10,774 nucleotides of DNA from Oligoflexales bacterium. Lineage in GTDB: Bacteria > Bdellovibrionota_B > Oligoflexia > Oligoflexales > Bog-1112. This document shows, piece after piece, positions 5,654-10,774 of the stretch; position 1 is the stretch's first letter, and each line of letters begins with the position of its first letter. The stretch is taken from the NCBI GenBank assembly GCA_045105515.1, contig JBGCDR010000280.1, forward strand, positions 1 to 10,774. Reading direction: 5' to 3'. The position numbers and the translations under genes are program-made. Below the pieces are notes generated by a model. The model was not told the origin of the DNA. It saw nothing but the letters and a program-made list of their open reading frames with translations, and did not search any database.

Positions 5654-8600
5654 ATGAAGTACTTGCCGATTCGATTTTTTTTCCTGGTATCTTTCCTAAC
5701 TCTAGGCATAGCTTGTTCATCAAAGAATAAGAGTGATCGAGAAAATGTTTCTTTTGAAGATATTGATAGCCCAGTTGATGGCAGTGGACCAGGTGGAGGG
5801 GATACCCCTTACGAAGAGGTAACCGATGTAGTTTCAGAGCCTATTGCCGTAGAGGAAAACCAATCAATACAGATTGAAGCCTCGGAAAATCAAACCTTAG
5901 TAAACCTCGTTTTCAAGACGAGTGACGCTTTTCAAGAAGGCCGTTACCTCTCAGAGCACATGCTGGTAATCAAAGCTGATGAAGAGTCTTGTATCAAACT
6001 AGAAGTGAGGGCTGACGTCGATTCTCTTGAAGATGTTTTAGCAAATGTAAGCAATTCAGAAACTGGTGAATTTTGCCGCGGCACCGAACCCAAGGTTGAA
6101 ACTGCGGAGGAAGATGATGAAGAGGACAAAGACGAAGATGAAGGTGATGATGAGAGTGAAGAAGGGAATAATGAAGAGAATGAGAACAATGAAGACGACT
6201 CTGTAGCCCTAACCCTGATGAGCCAAACTCCAGACCTATGTCATCAGCGTTTATTTCGACTAAAGACAAATGAAGCGGATGAACTAGGCGACCCCTTTGG
6301 GCTTGAGCCAATCGTAACCAAAACAGCTTGGCTCGTATATAAAACAGGGAATATTAATGTTTGGGCTGATGCTGAAATTGGCAATCCTTGCTTCGGTGGT
6401 GTCCCCACTAGCAGAGGTAAAACCAAGCTCATCCTGGAAAGCGTCTTGGACACCTTAATCAATTATTATTCATTACTTTTTCCTGATGCCCAAGACCAGA
6501 TAGTAGTAGAACATTACAAAAATATAGGTGACGAGGCAGCAAAAATTTATGCTCGTTTAACAACCCTTTACGGCCCAGTAAGCGACGTAAATGCCAATGG
6601 GGCTGTTGATATTCTAATCAGCCCTGAAATCAACCGTTTAATGTTTTCAGATTTAAGGACCAATAGGCATGATGATTTTGTTTCCGGCCTTATTGTCAAA
6701 CCTGAAGATTTGGATGCCTATGATAATGTAAGCAATCCGGAAAGCAATGAATCAGAGGTCGTCTACCTCTGGGCTCCTGATCCTGCAGGGCTCTATAAAT
6801 ACAGTCAATACCCAACAGCAAATAGTATTACCAGTAATTACCAAAAAGGCTATGTGGCCCAGCAAATTATGTCTTTAATCATCGCTAATGCCCGAATGAT
6901 TTCGAGAAAACTCCAGCCTGAGAAATTATGGCTAACTCAAGGCTTATCATTACTAGCTTCAGCCTACACGGCGGGAAATGACTATAGTTTTCAATACTTA
7001 GCAGAATACCTATCAACCCGTCATCACTATTTGAGCTTGACCGATAACTTTGACCAAAGCATGGTTGCAGAAGCATTTAAAAGTCGCCACTATGATGCAA
7101 CAGTAGGTTACCGCGCTATGTTTGCCTGGTTCCTTCACACCAAACTGTGTGGTCAAACGGTAGAACCTTGCGCAAGAATCAAGGAATTGGTTGATACAGA
7201 TAAGCACGGAATCGAAAATGTTGAAACTGTACTGGGCCAAGCAATAGATGAGATCTTAGCTGAATTTGGCCACTCAGTAGGAGTGGAAATGGCTTTCGAT
7301 AAAGATCGCGTCAGAACAGTCTTAGGTTTGCCAGAAAATAGCACACTCACCCATCATATTATGCCAGGATTGCAAGAGGTTTACCCAAGTGAAATCCCGC
7401 AAACTTATGAGCATGACAAAAATGCTGACCCTATTGCCGGAAGTGCAGATGATCGCGCATTTGCTGGTCCCTTCCCTGGGCGTGACACCTTATTTTACCA
7501 AACGCTGATGCCAGACTCTAACATCAATATACGTCTAGCAAAAAATTCTGTGACCTATGTGCTTCTCACTGGCCTTCTGCGCAAAGAAACCGTTACAACA
7601 GCCTTTATTGGAAAAAATGTGAGTGTAACTAGCATACCCTTTGGAGATCGTAACATTGCTCAAAGACAGATTCATATCGAGAAAACTTCGGAGATGGCGC
7701 ACTTGGACCAAAGACCAATAAACCTAAGTAGCCAGATAGATCCGCAGAAAACTTACTATAATCCGCAAGAGTACTCTAACTCATTCCTAGTCGATAAAAA
7801 CCGCGACCTTTATATTCTTGGTTCAATCGATAATTCTGATGTCAATCTTAGAGGTTCTCGCTACACAGTGGGAGATGTGGACTCATTTAACATCGAGGTG
7901 GACCCTTGCAAGGAAGAAGCTGACGAAGCAGCTTGCCGTGCTGAGGGTAGTAGAAGTATTTTATTGCAGGTGATTCCTAGGGATCACAACAAGGAACTGA
8001 TTCCGTCCTTGCTGGTTACCCAGACATCTCTTGAAATGTTCCGAGCCAACAAATTTCTTAACCGCCTCAAAAATATTGATGGAGAGGTATTCAAGGATGT
8101 CCCTGAAACTGGAACTGTATATGTGGGCTGCTTTTCATCAGCAGTATACCAAGATGCCTCAGCTCCAGATTTTACAACTTTCGATGAGTGTGCTAACGGT
8201 GGCTTAACTGAGGAAAACTATCAGACCGAGGTATGCGATCAATTTACCGGTGCTTGTGTGCCTGGAATGCCTGATCAAGCAATCTCATTTAACGCTTATA
8301 CATCTGCCTTTATTAAAAAATCCCAAGCTGATTTTGTACCTCCACTTTATGATAATTTCTTTCATGCTGGGCCTGACGGCTTTCCTTTTTTCAATAACTG
8401 GACAATCAGGTACCCGGATGTAGAGCTAGATGAACGTCCTGGCCCAAGACCCTTTATCCAGGAGGAGATAGACCGTCAATTTTTTGAATTCGCTTACAAA
8501 GAGGACCTTAAAGCTAAAACATACAGCGTGCACCCACTTTTTGCAGGTATAGAATCGTTTGAAAACATAAATCTTGATAATGAACTTGAAGTGATAAGTG

Positions 8601-9490
8601 ATGAGGCAATTTTAACTTTAGAAACACTTAGACTTCGGATTGCTGATGGAGCTGCTGTTTCCGAGGAAACCAGAGATGCATGTGGAGCTCTCGGTATTTC
8701 AGCGACATTCTGTGCCGACCCTTTTACCAATAGAGTTGCATTGTCTTCTGCTGTCAACGCTTATACATCTGATAAACGGATAGTGTGCATTATCGGTCTG
8801 AGTGATGTGGAAGATATGGATTATATTTTAAACCTATGTCCAGGGGCCTCTTTCACCCGGACATCTACTATTAATGGAATCCCAGAAGCGACGGAATCAG
8901 TTCCAGAATGGCTAAAAGACGAACAGTTGATTATTATTTCCAGCTCTTCTGCAGGTAGTTACCGGACCTATTATAAGCCAATCTTTCCTGTGGTCAAAAA
9001 AACTGAGAGTTACTGCCTTGGAAATGCTGAGAAAGATTTAAATGGTTTTGCTGGCACTGATTATCCTCCCTGTTTGATAGAAAATTCGGAAGGCGAAGGA
9101 GGAGATATCCGAACCCAACTCAATATGCCTGCTACCCAATTTTCTAGTTCTGATTGGTGCGGAGGAGTCTTTGAGGAGAATTTTCTTGCCTGTGCTGACC
9201 ATTATAGCTACTATATAAGTGCTCATTCAAACGAGAAACGAAAATTAGTTCCCACCCTCAACTACAAGCGGTTTACGGGGCAGAGAACTCGCTCCTTTCT
9301 TCCCTTTAGCATTGCACGCAGTGCAGGTGAGTATATTGGCAAGCAAGAACAGCTACATCATGTCCGATTTAATGTATCAACAGCATCATCAACCATTATT
9401 CATGTCATGGTTGGTGGACTTAAAAAATCCCAGGGAAAATATCTACTCCGAGTGAAAACCAAAGATTTTGAGGAAGTCATCACACCTTAA
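5654..9490 (+). CDS. Giant lipoprotein with acidic linker, degenerate M30-like gluzincin domain and Cys-rich C-terminal half
   Basis: 1278-aa ORF. Lipobox LGIA-C21; D/E/N tract near 6105-6200; IY..L...YG..SDVNANG.V.IL, SNESEVVY and E.LWLTQGLS.LA resemble M30-type peptidase motifs; many Cys after aa 750. Confidence 0.82.
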   Translation: MKYLPIRFFFLVSFLTLGIACSSKNKSDRENVSFEDIDSPVDGSGPGGGDTPYEEVTDVVSEPIAVEENQSIQIEASENQTLVNLVFKTSDAFQEGRYLSEHMLVIKADEESCIKLEVRADVDSLEDVLANVSNSETGEFCRGTEPKVETAEEDDEEDKDEDEGDDESEEGNNEENENNEDDSVALTLMSQTPDLCHQRLFRLKTNEADELGDPFGLEPIVTKTAWLVYKTGNINVWADAEIGNPCFGGVPTSRGKTKLILESVLDTLINYYSLLFPDAQDQIVVEHYKNIGDEAAKIYARLTTLYGPVSDVNANGAVDILISPEINRLMFSDLRTNRHDDFVSGLIVKPEDLDAYDNVSNPESNESEVVYLWAPDPAGLYKYSQYPTANSITSNYQKGYVAQQIMSLIIANARMISRKLQPEKLWLTQGLSLLASAYTAGNDYSFQYLAEYLSTRHHYLSLTDNFDQSMVAEAFKSRHYDATVGYRAMFAWFLHTKLCGQTVEPCARIKELVDTDKHGIENVETVLGQAIDEILAEFGHSVGVEMAFDKDRVRTVLGLPENSTLTHHIMPGLQEVYPSEIPQTYEHDKNADPIAGSADDRAFAGPFPGRDTLFYQTLMPDSNINIRLAKNSVTYVLLTGLLRKETVTTAFIGKNVSVTSIPFGDRNIAQRQIHIEKTSEMAHLDQRPINLSSQIDPQKTYYNPQEYSNSFLVDKNRDLYILGSIDNSDVNLRGSRYTVGDVDSFNIEVDPCKEEADEAACRAEGSRSILLQVIPRDHNKELIPSLLVTQTSLEMFRANKFLNRLKNIDGEVFKDVPETGTVYVGCFSSAVYQDASAPDFTTFDECANGGLTEENYQTEVCDQFTGACVPGMPDQAISFNAYTSAFIKKSQADFVPPLYDNFFHAGPDGFPFFNNWTIRYPDVELDERPGPRPFIQEEIDRQFFEFAYKEDLKAKTYSVHPLFAGIESFENINLDNELEVISDEAILTLETLRLRIADGAAVSEETRDACGALGISATFCADPFTNRVALSSAVNAYTSDKRIVCIIGLSDVEDMDYILNLCPGASFTRTSTINGIPEATESVPEWLKDEQLIIISSSSAGSYRTYYKPIFPVVKKTESYCLGNAEKDLNGFAGTDYPPCLIENSEGEGGDIRTQLNMPATQFSSSDWCGGVFEENFLACADHYSYYISAHSNEKRKLVPTLNYKRFTGQRTRSFLPFSIARSAGEYIGKQEQLHHVRFNVSTASSTIIHVMVGGLKKSQGKYLLRVKTKDFEEVITP

Positions 9491-9500
9491 ATGCACCATC

Positions 9501-9528
9501 CCTCTCATGTCTAAGAGGTTTATTATTT
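9501..9528 (+). terminator. Possible weak intrinsic terminator
   Basis: CCTCT-N8-AGAGG followed by TTTATTATTT, 10 nt after the stop codon. The stem is only 5 bp. Confidence 0.25.
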
Positions 9529-9710
9529 AGCTCTCAGCGCAAGATAATCAATTTTAACATCCAAATATTTGAAACTGTCGAAAGATTACCAGGCAGGCTA
9601 TTATCATATCAGTTTATGGACGTATTTTTAGAGGTATTGACTTTTGCAAGGCCGTGAATCATTAGAATACCTAGGGATGAACAAATCAATTTAAAATAAG
9701 GGTACTTAAG

Positions 9711-10010
9711 ATGAGAAAAATACTTTTTTCAATCGTTTTAGGAATGACTGCAAGTCTAGGGTACGGACAAACACTTAATTGCAGTTCTGCTGAAATCACG
9801 TTTGTCGCAGATTTTGATGCAAAAACGCTCAATACCAGTAAAAACACAGAAATCACAATCAAAGGATATTCAATAAACACGGATGGCGCTGGCGCAGTTG
9901 TTCTTGAGTCTGGAAATTTAGTCACTTTGATTGATGATGAGGGGTCTCTAATGGGAGAGCTATTTGTCGACGGCAAGACCTATCCAGCATTAGAATGTTC
10001 GTTCAACTGA
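9711..10010 (+). CDS. Small secreted hypothetical protein
   Basis: Signal peptide MRKILFSIVLGMTASLGYG; beta-rich mature part with one Cys near each end (LNC, LEC); SD-like AAGGG upstream. Confidence 0.78.
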   Translation: MRKILFSIVLGMTASLGYGQTLNCSSAEITFVADFDAKTLNTSKNTEITIKGYSINTDGAGAVVLESGNLVTLIDDEGSLMGELFVDGKTYPALECSFN

Positions 10011-10080
10011 GCCTAAAAATTCGAAAATATGCTCATTCAAATTAGGTTTGTAAAGAACCTCATTGCAACCATACCAAGCA

Positions 10081-10191
10081 ACTTAGGTCATATCGACCAT
10101 AAGTCATTTAGATCATCTCGACGAAGTGAGTAGTGAGATCCCCTGTGTTTTTCATCGAGATTTCTCGACTTCTCTTTCGAAATGACTAAGT
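10081..10191. repeat. Degenerate REP/MITE-like palindromic repeat (GTCAT...ATGAC type)
   Basis: ATCATCTCGAC GAAG..GAGATC ... GAGATTTCTCGACT..TCGAAATGAC. Outer inverted repeat ACTTAGGTCATATCGA / TCGAAATGACTAAGT; internal TCGAGA-TT-TCTCGA (10155-10168). Confidence 0.62.
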
Positions 10192-10225
10192 ACTGATAGC
10201 AATCAATTAACTTTGCATACTCACC

Positions 10226-10252
10226 TACATTTTTATCTTTTTTAACCGAAAC
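10226..10252 (+). promoter_or_regulatory. Sigma28-like promoter candidate for the 116-aa gene
   Basis: TACATTTT-N11-ACCGAAAC, correct spacing, 35 nt before the ORF start. Confidence 0.45.
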
Positions 10253-10287
10253 ATTAACAAAAGGGATATTATTCTACACTTGGTTAT

Positions 10288-10638
10288 TTGATGAAAATTT
10301 TTCTTTATATTGCTGGTATATTAGCGGTCTTGATTTACATGAAAATCGATACCATTAAGTATTATAAGATCCTATATGGCCATTTAGAGCAACTTGACAA
10401 TCTCCCAACCCTCAACAGCTTTGAAAACCTCAATATTCACTACTCCTTTATCTCTTCAAATAAGGACCTTCTCAAAGACATGTCATTATTGACTCCTATG
10501 GATAAGGAAGGAAAAATCCTTGTTTGTATCATCCCGCAAGTAGATTTATCTGCTTCTACTCAAGATAAGATTGAAACTCTTACTGATGAAGCTATAAATA
10601 GCTGGAATAAGCTATTAGACTCACCAGGTGTGCCATGA
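10288..10638 (+). CDS. Hypothetical protein with N-terminal membrane anchor
   Basis: 116-aa ORF (ATG 10291 is an alternative start); KIFLYIAGILAVLIYMK hydrophobic helix; no recognised family. Confidence 0.6.
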   Translation: MMKIFLYIAGILAVLIYMKIDTIKYYKILYGHLEQLDNLPTLNSFENLNIHYSFISSNKDLLKDMSLLTPMDKEGKILVCIIPQVDLSASTQDKIETLTDEAINSWNKLLDSPGVP

Positions 10639-10774
10639 GCATTGACCGAAATGCTTTTATTTCTTAATTGAGTCAGTATAACTACTTGTTTAAATTTTCC
10701 GACACATCAGTTAATTCAACTATTTCGTACTAATTTATTTTTGTCCTATCAAGGCCAACTTGATGCTTTATAAA

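Noticed and set aside
5675..5682. T8 run in the giant lipoprotein signal peptide as a phase-variation switch
   Set aside because: In frame, encodes FFF in a hydrophobic core, and is unremarkable in AT-rich DNA.
6105..6200. GAA/GAT-rich stretch as a tandem repeat or array
   Set aside because: It is a coding acidic linker with no fixed repeat unit or spacers.
5944..9226. Eight short minus-strand ORFs, including Ser-rich and His/Leu-rich ones
   Set aside because: All lie within the 1278-aa ORF; the low complexity mirrors the GAA/GAT acidic tract.
9637..9668. Sigma70 promoter TTGACT...TAGAAT
   Set aside because: The spacer is 20 nt, outside the usual 16-18.
9686..9976. 96-aa minus-strand ORF
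   Set aside because: Overlaps the + strand ORF, which has a clear signal peptide and SD.

Overview
AT-rich bacterial chromosomal window. Gene style (Cys-rich lipoproteins, many orphan secreted proteins, several sigma28-like promoters) suggests Bdellovibrionota/Oligoflexia, but this is inference only. In order it holds: the 3' end of an unknown + strand CDS; a stand-alone receiver-domain protein divergent from a 506-aa lipoprotein, both behind sigma28 (FliA)-like promoters; two divergently transcribed HPF/RaiA-like ribosome hibernation genes, each behind a near-consensus sigma54 -24/-12 promoter, the left one followed by a CBS-pair gene split at an A8 run; an alpha/beta hydrolase; a 1278-aa lipoprotein whose M30-like zinc-peptidase domain has lost its HExxH...E residues; two small hypothetical proteins; and a degenerate REP-like palindromic repeat. 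The best candidate for an undescribed system is the sigma54-controlled double-HPF plus CBS module (possible energy-sensing ribosome hibernation). The giant pseudo-peptidase is second. No rRNA, tRNA, CRISPR array or transposase was seen. All family assignments come from motif recognition by eye.
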